Translations under genes and position numbers: made by a program
The notes under the pieces: model-generated
Told to the model about the DNA's origin: nothing
The model's database searches: none
The model's input: only the letters and a program-made list of their open reading frames with translations
Shown here: in pieces, positions 9,401 through 14,803 of the stretch
Position numbering within the stretch: position 1 is the first letter of the stretch
Layout of the letters: every line of letters starts with the position of its first letter
Origin: Pseudomonadota bacterium
GTDB taxonomy: Bacteria; Bdellovibrionota_B; Oligoflexia; Oligoflexales; CAIYRB01
NCBI GenBank assembly: GCA_031416315.1
Contig: JANOTL010000218.1
Span: 1-17,810, forward strand
DNA: 17,810 nucleotides
Direction: 5' to 3'

Positions 9401-10277
9401 GAGCCGGCGCGCCGACTATCAGCCGCGCGAGTTCTTGCAGGAGGTGCGCCGCATCACGGAGAAATCCGGTACGGCCTTCGTCTTCGACGAGGTGATCACC
9501 GGCTTCCGCCTGGCGCCGGGCGGCGCGCAGGAATACTTCGGCATCAAGGCGGACCTCGCCAGCTACGGCAAGGTCATCGGCGGCGGCTTCCCGATCGGCA
9601 TCATCGCCGGCAAGCGGGAATGGGCCGACGCCTTGGACGGCGGGCACTGGAAGTTCGGCGACGACTCGAAGCCCGAGGTCGGGGTCACCTACTTTGCGGG
9701 CACGTTCGTCCGCCATCCGCCGGCCCTGGCGGCGGCGCGCGCCGTGCTGCAAAAGCTGAAGGCCATGGGCCCAGGCCTGCAGAAAGAGATGAACGCGCGC
9801 ACCGAGAAGCTCGCCGGCGAGCTCAATGCGCACTTCCGCCGCGTTGGCCTCCCCATGCTCGCGAAGCACATGGGCTCGCTCTGGCGCTGCACCTTTACCG
9901 AAGACATGGCCTTCGGCGACGTGATGTTCGTCTGGCTACGCTCGAAGGGCTTGCACATCTGGGACGGCTTCCCGTGCTTCCTGACCACGGCCCACTCGGA
10001 GGAGGACGTGCAGTTCATCCTGCGCGTCTTCAAAGAGACGATCGCCGAGATGCAGGCTGGGGACCTCCTCCCCGGCGGCGCCAACGACGCGGCGCGAGGC
10101 CCGAGCCTAGCCACCGGAATCCCGATCGCTTCGAAGGCCGCGAAGACGAGCCGGGCGCCGAGCGGCGAAGGCGAGCCGCCGGTTCCGGGTGCGCGCTTGG
10201 GCCGCGATCCGCAGGGATTTCCGGCCTGGTACGTCGCGGACCCGGCGAATCCGGGGAAGTTCATCAAGGTGAACTGA
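2244..10277 (+). CDS. Hybrid NRPS-type I PKS: degenerate C, A, PCP, KS, AT, ACP, class III aminotransferase (~2677 aa)
   Basis: A-domain motifs YTSGSTGRPKG, YGPTE, YRTGD, QVKIRGFRIE, NGKIDR. PCP GGNSL (Ser 5112). KS VQTACSTS (Cys 5820), HGTAT (6228), KSNMGH (6342). AT GHSIG (Ser 7167) and HAFH (7455). ACP GLDSL (Ser 8088). Aminotransferase FDEVITGFR and SYGKVIGGG (Lys 9570). ATG 2244 is preferred over TTG 2115, but the start is uncertain. Confidence 0.95.
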   Translation: MPSSTTVPFVAGPRAAARRVASGVCEARLKAAAEALARVWPGGLQALGKRDFFYGRRAAKPTADEARRELARALSGGWDARGEGTMPWRIALVDLPDGASLVGVALRRERGDEDAVESLVDALVAIALGAEAEKEVEALRRPALSLGSGAPPEVERGATGSSAASLWAESLRHAPVETGVIPDRARPARLSGLRTSARAAVPAQAIFDAAAAIGVSPEAFVLAAYAALIFRLGRSEDLLIGVESGGPHAAPLRFFLSGKTSFRELARTAEAELSVARARALPPIAELSRLAGQTEDPSRHPVHQASFAFRSRGVPVAGAERIALLSDDGTEDLALLVAPEGDELALVLAGAKDLFETATLARFVRHGAVLFAAAAAEPETPVALLPLLNAVERAHIVSDLNETDCAFPTNLTLPQLLEASAASNPDATALIFGDTLLNYREFNAEANRLARHLRTLGVREGTLVGLCLEKSAELIISVYAILKAGGAYVPLDPTYPPERLGVMLEDAELRFLVATTKTAAKLPLHAARVVDLELEREDIDAHTNADLPASADDATPESLAYMLYTSGSTGRPKGVLVPHATVINFLFSMRKTCDFRDDEVTLSANTVSFDIVIPDLFLSFMVGGTLVVAQKDASLDGAMVSELIQRHRVTNMLATPSTWRILLDAGWEGAPELRIIAAGEALPHALAQVLLGLGKSLWNGYGPTEVTVISNFYQVKDLSRPMYIGPPIDNVFVYVVDEHMEPVPIGVPGEIYIAGAGVTKGYLKRPDLTAERFVANPFSAKWGGRMYRTGDLGRWAPDGNVEYLGRNDDQVKIRGFRIELGDIDAVLLGHPAVDKGVVVVREDQPGDRRLVAYYTLRAGKAIGASELRAHFREKLPQHMVPAHFIAVLNMPLNPNGKIDRKALPKPGQSESAPEALAATYAAPASDVEALLASLWKDLLGVERVGIDEHFFELGGNSLLAVRMVARLKREHGIVIPVLRVFETPTIAGLAKDAKPAGPPVAALSAGVAPGPKPKAPPASGDGRKVAIIGLALRVPGAENARQFWENLAAGVESISFFGEGLDPGVPAALANSPSYVRARGIVDGGECFDHAFFGVSMREAEVMDPQQRLFLECAWATLEDGGYTPDSYGGRIGVYAGTGTNTYYPEIVRPHAALIERVGAFTTMLANEKDYIATRTAFKLNLKGPGVSVQTACSTSLVAIHLAAQALRNGECELAIAGGSSITAPIKSGYLYQEGGMLSPDGHTRSFDDGCQGTVFSDGVAAVLLKRLDRALADGDRIIAVISGSAINNDGGDKASFTAPSIEGQAAVIRAAQRDAGVTPTEVSYVEAHGTATPLGDPIELAALACAFAGQGAVSCAIGSLKSNMGHMVATAGVGGLAKTALMLAHRKLVPSLHFGTPTTKVDMAGAGFRVATRLEDWPETGARRIAGVSSFGVGGTNAHVIVEEAPKASPTSLPRGAGIVLPLSAKSEAALARLCEAHWQNLGAAFTTNGALADLAYTLQVGRKPLSFRMAAFGRTLEELKAALGDPSSARVKKRHAPSRPPELVFLFPGQGIQAPHMGRELYETEPAYREAFDACCAAFATAASFDLKALVLPEPAREAEARAELNRTERAQPAIFAVEYATAKLWMAAGVMPRALIGHSIGEYVAATLAGVFTLADAARLVAERGRLMQSMAPGSLLSVRLSESEVLPLLAEGLSVAAVNSPRLTVVGGPTQAIAALAKRLELQEIPAKVLATSHAFHTAMMDPAVAAMQALAQTVLLTPPRLTIVSTQTGAHLASEQAVDPAYWARQLREPVRFADAVGALEAGEPRVFLECGPRESLTKMTRQCFGRGAHLIVATGDDATSFAGALAELWTAGVAVDWDARRAGETRRRLSLPTYPFERTRCWPNLGAIVMANPKREAQSAKPSSAGRRPRLLAELKALLEEASGVGAADAEDDVTFLELGLDSLFLTQFALKLQRKYSVKITFRQLLEQYASFGTLVDMIDAHLPPEAAPPEAPATPLPTAPAASHAQGAGAAMNGAGGATPQPNYDMPAAVAVNAPYPAFAQAMPMHAPMPMIAGIDAIVAQQLHIMARQLELLSGRPMPMTMTSSMTMPAQAPLTIVKPTVAEAVAAPAPATNPAVTAAQTAAATARAAKEKEVYDAKKAFGAAARITLSQGGNALSAKQRKCYDDFIQRYTTKTRESKRLTQFYRPWLADPRVVTGFKLNTKELVYQIIIERSRGSRMWDVDGNEYVDALCGFGMNYFGWSADFITEAVKEQLDKGIDIGPMTPLAGEVAKLLCEMTGFDRAGFCNTGSEAVMGCMRIARTVTGRDKILTFAGSYHGIFDEVIQRGTKTGKAIPAAPGIMSNTSENVVILEYGTQETLDYIRNNAGDLAAVIAETIQSRRADYQPREFLQEVRRITEKSGTAFVFDEVITGFRLAPGGAQEYFGIKADLASYGKVIGGGFPIGIIAGKREWADALDGGHWKFGDDSKPEVGVTYFAGTFVRHPPALAAARAVLQKLKAMGPGLQKEMNARTEKLAGELNAHFRRVGLPMLAKHMGSLWRCTFTEDMAFGDVMFVWLRSKGLHIWDGFPCFLTTAHSEEDVQFILRVFKETIAEMQAGDLLPGGANDAARGPSLATGIPIASKAAKTSRAPSGEGEPPVPGARLGRDPQGFPAWYVADPANPGKFIKVN
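3480..5220 (+). other. Adenylation domain plus peptidyl carrier protein
   Basis: Core A motifs present from LNYREFNAEANRLA to NGKIDRKAL, followed by FFELGGNSLL. Boundaries approximate. Confidence 0.92.
5310..8215 (+). other. Minimal PKS module KS-AT-ACP, malonyl-type AT, no KR/DH/ER
   Basis: C-H-H triad intact. NEKDY and VQTACSTS are typical of KS domains that accept NRPS-bound substrates. GHSIG and HAFH indicate malonyl-CoA. The post-AT motif LPTYPFER is followed almost directly by the ACP. Confidence 0.9.
7916..7931 (+). promoter_or_regulatory. Candidate internal ribosome-binding site and in-frame ATG inside the synthase
   Basis: AGGAG at 7916-7920, 8-nt spacer, ATG at 7929 in the synthase frame, in an AT-rich patch between AT and ACP. 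Confidence 0.45.
8730..10065 (+). other. PLP-dependent class III aminotransferase domain (GSA-aminomutase-like, as embedded in McyE/MycA-type synthases)
   Basis: GSRMWDVDGNEYVD, NTGSEA, GSYHG, FDEVITGFR, GKVIGGGFPIG, AGTF. Boundaries approximate. Confidence 0.92.
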
Positions 10278-10290
10278 GGACCCAGGTCGC

Positions 10291-10719
10291 CTAGACGCCG
10301 CAACGGGCGCGGATCACGAGCTCCATGTAGCCCGTGATCGCGTCCGGGGCGCGCGTGAAGGCGAGATCCAGCGCCTCGCCGAGGACGATCTCCGCCGTCG
10401 TGCGCACGCGGCAGCCTTCGAGCAGATGTCCGCCGATCATGCGGCCCTCGGCGTCGGAGGCGGCGAGGTGGAGATGCGCGGAGCCGCCGCGTGCGATCGT
10501 GCCGCCGAGCGCGACGATCTCGTAGTTGCCGGCGAGCTCCATCGGCTCGCTCTTGCCGGCGAAGCGCAGGCGCAGGAACGAGAGGCTGCCGACGACGCTG
10601 AGAACGGCGGCGGCCTCGAGATCGCGCGCCTTCGCGAAGGCGGCGAGCTCCTTTTTGAGATCGGTGCCGGGGCCTAAGCGCAATGCGTGCACGGCGAGGC
10701 GCGAGCCTTCAGTACTCAC
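10291..10719 (-). CDS. DUF296 / PPC-domain protein (AF0104/ALDC/PTD012-like fold)
   Basis: LRLGPGTDL, SVVGSLS, YEIVALGGT, HLHLAASDAEGRMIGGHLLEGCRVRTTAEIV, with HxH and GGH metal-site residues. The GTG start overlaps the end of the upstream gene by 11 bp. Confidence 0.9.
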   Translation of the reverse strand: MSTEGSRLAVHALRLGPGTDLKKELAAFAKARDLEAAAVLSVVGSLSFLRLRFAGKSEPMELAGNYEIVALGGTIARGGSAHLHLAASDAEGRMIGGHLLEGCRVRTTAEIVLGEALDLAFTRAPDAITGYMELVIRARCGV

Positions 10720-11527
10720 GACAGCCGCCGTCGCCGCCGACTTTCCCGGGCGCGCCGCCGCTGCGTAGGAGGGCGCTGCGGAGCTCGGGCGCCTCGTCGA
10801 GGCGCGTGAAGTTGAAGCCCTCTTCCTTCAACTTGGCCACGACCGTCGTGAGCATGCCGACGGTCTCGAGCCGCTCGGCGTGCATCAGCACGATGCCACG
10901 CTGGAGCTGACGGAGCGCCGTGAGATAATTCTGCGCGCAAGTGTCGGCCGTGCGGCCACGCGCCCAGCAGGCATCGTCGGGCTCGAAGCCGAGGGACTGA
11001 TCGCCCACGTCCCAGCCGATCGGGCCGACGTAGCGCGTGAGGCCCGCCCCGTTCAAGCGCTCCGCCAAGCCCGCGGGCATCGCGCCCTGCGAAGCGCTCC
11101 CGGCTCGCAAGAGGTACATGTCGCCGGTCACGTAGGGCGTGATCAGCGCATCGGTGCGTCGCATCGCCGTGATCGGATCGGCGGCGCCGTCGAGAGCCTT
11201 GCCGTCAAAGCCCCGCGAGCCGACGAGGTGTCCTTGACGCTTCAGGCGCGCGAGCTTGTCCTCGTTGCCGAAGACGCCGTCGCCCCGCACGAAGAACGCC
11301 GCACGCACCTCGTTGGCATAAAGGTAATCGCCGATCTTGCTCATGACTTCGCCCGGGCCGCCGTCGAAGCTCAGAGCCACCGCCTTGTCAGGCAGCTGGT
11401 CGCCGACGTAGGGGGCCGCCCGGAGTCCGACGCCTGCGGGGCAGGTCGATGGGGGAATGTCGAAGTAGCTGCACCCCGCGACCAGGGCCGCCAGGGGGAG
11501 GGACATCAGGAGACAAGGGGTCGACAT
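10709..11527 (-). CDS. Polysaccharide deacetylase (NodB/CE4)-fold lipoprotein, probably catalytically inactive (~272 aa)
   Basis: Start moved to ATG 11527, giving a hydrophobic leader with lipobox VAG-C. CE4 scaffold: VALSFDGGP, AAFFVRG, QGHLVGSR, GPIGWDV, GIVLMH, LKEEGFNFTRL. Confidence 0.82.
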   Translation of the reverse strand: MSTPCLLMSLPLAALVAGCSYFDIPPSTCPAGVGLRAAPYVGDQLPDKAVALSFDGGPGEVMSKIGDYLYANEVRAAFFVRGDGVFGNEDKLARLKRQGHLVGSRGFDGKALDGAADPITAMRRTDALITPYVTGDMYLLRAGSASQGAMPAGLAERLNGAGLTRYVGPIGWDVGDQSLGFEPDDACWARGRTADTCAQNYLTALRQLQRGIVLMHAERLETVGMLTTVVAKLKEEGFNFTRLDEAPELRSALLRSGGAPGKVGGDGGCREY

Positions 11528-11589
11528 GTAAAAAATCCTAGCACCTGCGGGGTGACTAGGCACGGCCGACGCCGCGCCCCCTTGTGCGT

Positions 11590-11690
11590 CGAAGTCGATA
11601 AGTATTTGTTTTATATCAATTTTCGACCAAACCCAAGCCCCGCCGCCGGATTGCCGCGGTCTTGCAATTCCCTGGGCAGGGAGGTCCGTC
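11590..11690. promoter_or_regulatory. AT-rich divergent promoter region, with GGGAGG RBS for the gene at 11691
   Basis: GATAAGTATTTGTTTTATATCAATTTT is a strongly AT-rich island in GC-rich DNA, between two divergent starts. GGGAGG lies 6 nt upstream of ATG 11691. Exact promoter elements not assigned. Confidence 0.55.
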
Positions 11691-14168
11691 ATGATCTTGC
11701 GCGTACTCATTTCCATCGGTCTCGCATTCGGCCTAACGTCCTGTCTCAAGGACGCGCCGCACGCCGCTCCGGCCTCGGCGCCTTCGTCCTTGACCCTCAC
11801 GGGCATGGTCGTCGACCTCGCCGGCAAGCCGATGGCCAACGTCGCGGTCTTCGTCGAGCAGGACCAGGCCCCCTTGGGCGCCACGGGCGAAGACGGCTTC
11901 TTCTTCGTCCGCATGGACGACGACAAGCTGACTCGCGTGAGCGGCACCGAGCGCAACACTCGCGACGCCTTCTACCTCTATTTCGAGAGCGGCACCGATT
12001 CTTCCCTGATCGGGGTCTCCGACTTCGTCCCGCTCGTGGAGCGTGGCGAGAAGCGCATGCCGACCGTCGTCATGAAGAACGCGGCGACCGTCACGGGCAA
12101 GGTCTTGGTCCTGCAAGGCGCGACGGTCGAGCCGGCCGTCGGCACGACGGTACGCATGGGCCGCGCCACGACGCTCACCGGAGCCGACGGCGCTTTCATC
12201 CTCACAAAGATTCCCGCGGGCAAGCTCACCTTGACCGCGACCGCGCCGAAGCGCTCTGCCTCGAAGCGCGACGTCGAGGTGCTCGTCGGCGAGGCTAAGA
12301 GCCTCGCTCAACCCCTCGTCCTCTTCCCGGAGATCGGCGTCACCGGCCAATTCCTCCTCGGGGCGCAACTGCCTTTGGCGGAGCTCGTCGCCGCAGGACA
12401 TCCATTCGTCCGCCGTTTCGAGGTGCAGGCCTCGCAGGCTGCGCGATTCATGCGCTTCCATAGCGACCCCGTGACCTTGACCTCGCTTCCGCCCCGTCCG
12501 ATCGAGCCGACCGTCGAATTCGACTTCCCGCGCGACGGCGGCAACACGCTCTATTACCAATTCTACAACGACGGCCTCGACAAGAGCGACATCTACAAGC
12601 TCTCCGTCGTCCTCGACCAGTTTGGCGAGACCTCGGGTTTCGTCATCGAGGACGGCACCGGCAGAGTCTCACGCCGCACCGTGCAGTTGAAGGTCGACGT
12701 CCCCGCCGCCGCGTACCGCATGCGCTTGGCCGAGTCGCGCGAGACGCTCTCGAACCGCCTTTGGGAGCCCGTGACCCCGACCAGCTTCTACACTTTCGAG
12801 ATCGCCCGAAATCCGATCACCAACGAGGCGATCGCGCAGGTCGAGACCCGCACTCTCTTCCTGCAGTTCCAGGACGCGCTCGGCCTGCCGAGCCCGATCT
12901 ACCAGGCATCGACCCAGCTCGAGCTCTTCCCGCTTCCGGTCGCCTCGGTGTTCAAGATCGAGAACGGCGCGCCGGAGACGGCTCATCGCCTCGTGCGCTT
13001 GGACATCACCGTGCCGACCAATGCCCGTGAGATGCGCGTCTTCGAGGCCGGCCTCAACGGCGGGACGCAAGAGATCATCGGCGCCGGCGGCGGGCGGGCG
13101 GATGTCCAGGACCCCCGCGTTCGCACGACCGAAGGCCTTTGGTTGCCGGCGACGCCCAACTTCTTTTTCAACTTTCCGTCCTCGGGCCTACGCACGCTGT
13201 ACGTGCAGTTCCGCACCGGTGACGGACTCTTGAGCCCAATCTTCTCGCAGATCATCCGCGTCCTCCCGTTCCAAGAGGCCGATGTCGGGTTCACGCTGAA
13301 CGGCGGCGCCCAAGCCTCGCCGACGAAGCACGTCACCCTGTCGCTGAACCCGCCGGCCGGAGCGCTCCGCTTCCGCGTCGCCGAGAGCGGCGGCGCCAAC
13401 GGCTCCGACTCGATCGACCGCGCTACTTGGCTGAGCCTCGTCCCGCACGTCCAGTTCGAGACCGAAGATACGGGTCTGCGCACCTTCTTCGTGCAGTACG
13501 CCAACGTCGACCTCGAACGCTCGCCGGTCTACACGCAGTCGATCTTCGTCGACCCTTTCGTGGCTGGACCCGGAGACTTCGTAATCAACGGTGGTGCGCC
13601 CGTCGCCCGTGACCCGCTCCTCGTCCTGCACATCGCCGCGCCCTCGACGGCGGTCAGCATGGCGGTCGTCGAGAACGCGTTCCCGACCAGCTTCCAAGGC
13701 CAAGACCTGACGCAATGGCTTGCTATTGCCCCGACTGCGACCCTCGTCGTCCGCGGCACGGGCTCGAAATCGATCCTCGTGAAGTTCAAAGACGAAGAGG
13801 GCGAGGAAAGCCCGGCGATCCAGCATGTCGTCTTCTTCGACCCTTTCCCAATCGACGGCGCTCTCAACGGCGTGACGCTCGACTCAGGCGCGCCCGCTAC
13901 GACCGCCTCGACCGTCTCGGCTGCCTTCGTCTGGTCGGCTGGCGTGCGCGAGATGCGCTTCGGTCTCGACCCGTCCGCACTCGCCACGGCCCCCTTCGTC
14001 ACGGTCGACGCCTTGGAAGAGATCGCGATTCCAGTGACCCCGGGCGTCGTCAAGGTTTACGTCCAGTACCGGCTGTCCAACGGCGAAACGAGCCCGGTCT
14101 TCTTTGACGAGATCGAGCAAGAGGCCGCGCCGGCCGCCCCCCCCGCTACGCCGCCGTCCGGTCCGTGA
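11691..14168 (+). CDS. Large surface lipoprotein: two carboxypeptidase-regulatory-like (prealbumin-fold) domains plus six ~100-aa beta-sandwich repeats
   Basis: Lipobox LTS-C (Cys18). LTGMVVDLAGKPMANVAV...TGEDGFF and VTGKV...TGADGAFILTKIPAGKLTL. Repeats follow, then a Pro/Ala tail. Good RBS. Confidence 0.85.
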   Translation: MILRVLISIGLAFGLTSCLKDAPHAAPASAPSSLTLTGMVVDLAGKPMANVAVFVEQDQAPLGATGEDGFFFVRMDDDKLTRVSGTERNTRDAFYLYFESGTDSSLIGVSDFVPLVERGEKRMPTVVMKNAATVTGKVLVLQGATVEPAVGTTVRMGRATTLTGADGAFILTKIPAGKLTLTATAPKRSASKRDVEVLVGEAKSLAQPLVLFPEIGVTGQFLLGAQLPLAELVAAGHPFVRRFEVQASQAARFMRFHSDPVTLTSLPPRPIEPTVEFDFPRDGGNTLYYQFYNDGLDKSDIYKLSVVLDQFGETSGFVIEDGTGRVSRRTVQLKVDVPAAAYRMRLAESRETLSNRLWEPVTPTSFYTFEIARNPITNEAIAQVETRTLFLQFQDALGLPSPIYQASTQLELFPLPVASVFKIENGAPETAHRLVRLDITVPTNAREMRVFEAGLNGGTQEIIGAGGGRADVQDPRVRTTEGLWLPATPNFFFNFPSSGLRTLYVQFRTGDGLLSPIFSQIIRVLPFQEADVGFTLNGGAQASPTKHVTLSLNPPAGALRFRVAESGGANGSDSIDRATWLSLVPHVQFETEDTGLRTFFVQYANVDLERSPVYTQSIFVDPFVAGPGDFVINGGAPVARDPLLVLHIAAPSTAVSMAVVENAFPTSFQGQDLTQWLAIAPTATLVVRGTGSKSILVKFKDEEGEESPAIQHVVFFDPFPIDGALNGVTLDSGAPATTASTVSAAFVWSAGVREMRFGLDPSALATAPFVTVDALEEIAIPVTPGVVKVYVQYRLSNGETSPVFFDEIEQEAAPAAPPATPPSGP
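12336..14120 (+). repeat. Six diverged protein-level tandem repeats
   Basis: Consensus F-x-I-(N/E)-x-G-A...V-x-L...P-x-x-A-x-x-M-R...W...G-x-R-T-L-Y-V-Q-(F/Y)...S-P-(I/V)...D-P-F. Instances: GGNTLYYQF, ETRTLFLQF, GLRTLYVQF, GLRTFFVQY, GSKSILVKF, GVVKVYVQY. Confidence 0.8.
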
Positions 14169-14788
14169 GCATGCAGAGCCTCGTACTCCACGATCACGTG
14201 TCGCGATGGCAGGACGACTCTGCCTTCACGTCAGACCTCGCGAGCCTGCCGCTCGTCGAGCAGGCGCGGTTGGTGCGCAAGCGCCGCGAGGCCGACAAGC
14301 GCGCCTCGACACTCGGCAAGATTCTGTTGAGGCAGGGCCTCGAGGCACTCGGCTTCGATCCGAGGCTCCTGCGGAAGTTGCAATACACGGCCTCCGGTAA
14401 GCCATTCCTCGAAGATGGGCCGAGCTTCAGCATCACGCACGCCGACGGACACGTCGTCGTCGCGCTCAGCGCCGAGGCGCCTCGTCTGGGCGTCGACTGT
14501 GAGCTCGAGGCGACCAAGACCAAGCTCGTTCTGGACGATCTCGAGGAGACCATGACCGCGGGGCAGTGGCGCGACATCCACGGCGCCGCCGATCCGGCCG
14601 CGCGCTACCTCGAGCTGTGGACCATGAAGGAGAGCATCGTGAAGCTCACCGGCCGTGGCCTCGCCACGCCCCTGGGTGAGATCGAGGGCGGGGCGGACGG
14701 CCTCCTGACGCACGGAGACGAGGCCTTTCGCGTGGCCAGGGTGGCGCTCCCCGCGTCCCTTGTGTGTCATGTGGCCCTCAAGGGCTGA
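14165..14788 (+). CDS. Sfp-type 4'-phosphopantetheinyl transferase
   Basis: GKP (YTASGKPFL), FSITH, LGVDCE and WTMKESIVKLTGRGL. The GTG start overlaps the upstream TGA (GTGA); alternative ATG at 14171. Confidence 0.92.
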   Translation: MSMQSLVLHDHVSRWQDDSAFTSDLASLPLVEQARLVRKRREADKRASTLGKILLRQGLEALGFDPRLLRKLQYTASGKPFLEDGPSFSITHADGHVVVALSAEAPRLGVDCELEATKTKLVLDDLEETMTAGQWRDIHGAADPAARYLELWTMKESIVKLTGRGLATPLGEIEGGADGLLTHGDEAFRVARVALPASLVCHVALKG

Positions 14789-14803
14789 TTCCCGCGAGCG
14801 CCT

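Noticed and set aside
8730..10065. Annotation as hemL (glutamate-1-semialdehyde aminomutase)
   Set aside because: Same fold, but fused in frame behind an ACP, as for PKS-embedded aminotransferases.
11557..11576. Possible sigma-54 promoter TAGGCACGGCCGACGC (GG-N10-GC)
   Set aside because: The -12 element lacks TTGC, and such spacing arises easily by chance in GC-rich DNA.
11528..11959. 144-aa N-terminal extension of the deacetylase-like ORF
   Set aside because: It overlaps the divergent lipoprotein gene and crosses the AT-rich promoter region; the lipoprotein leader begins at 11527.
10880..12298. 472-aa plus-strand Arg-rich ORF
   Set aside because: Off-frame or antisense to two better-supported genes; composition typical of a GC-rich shadow frame.
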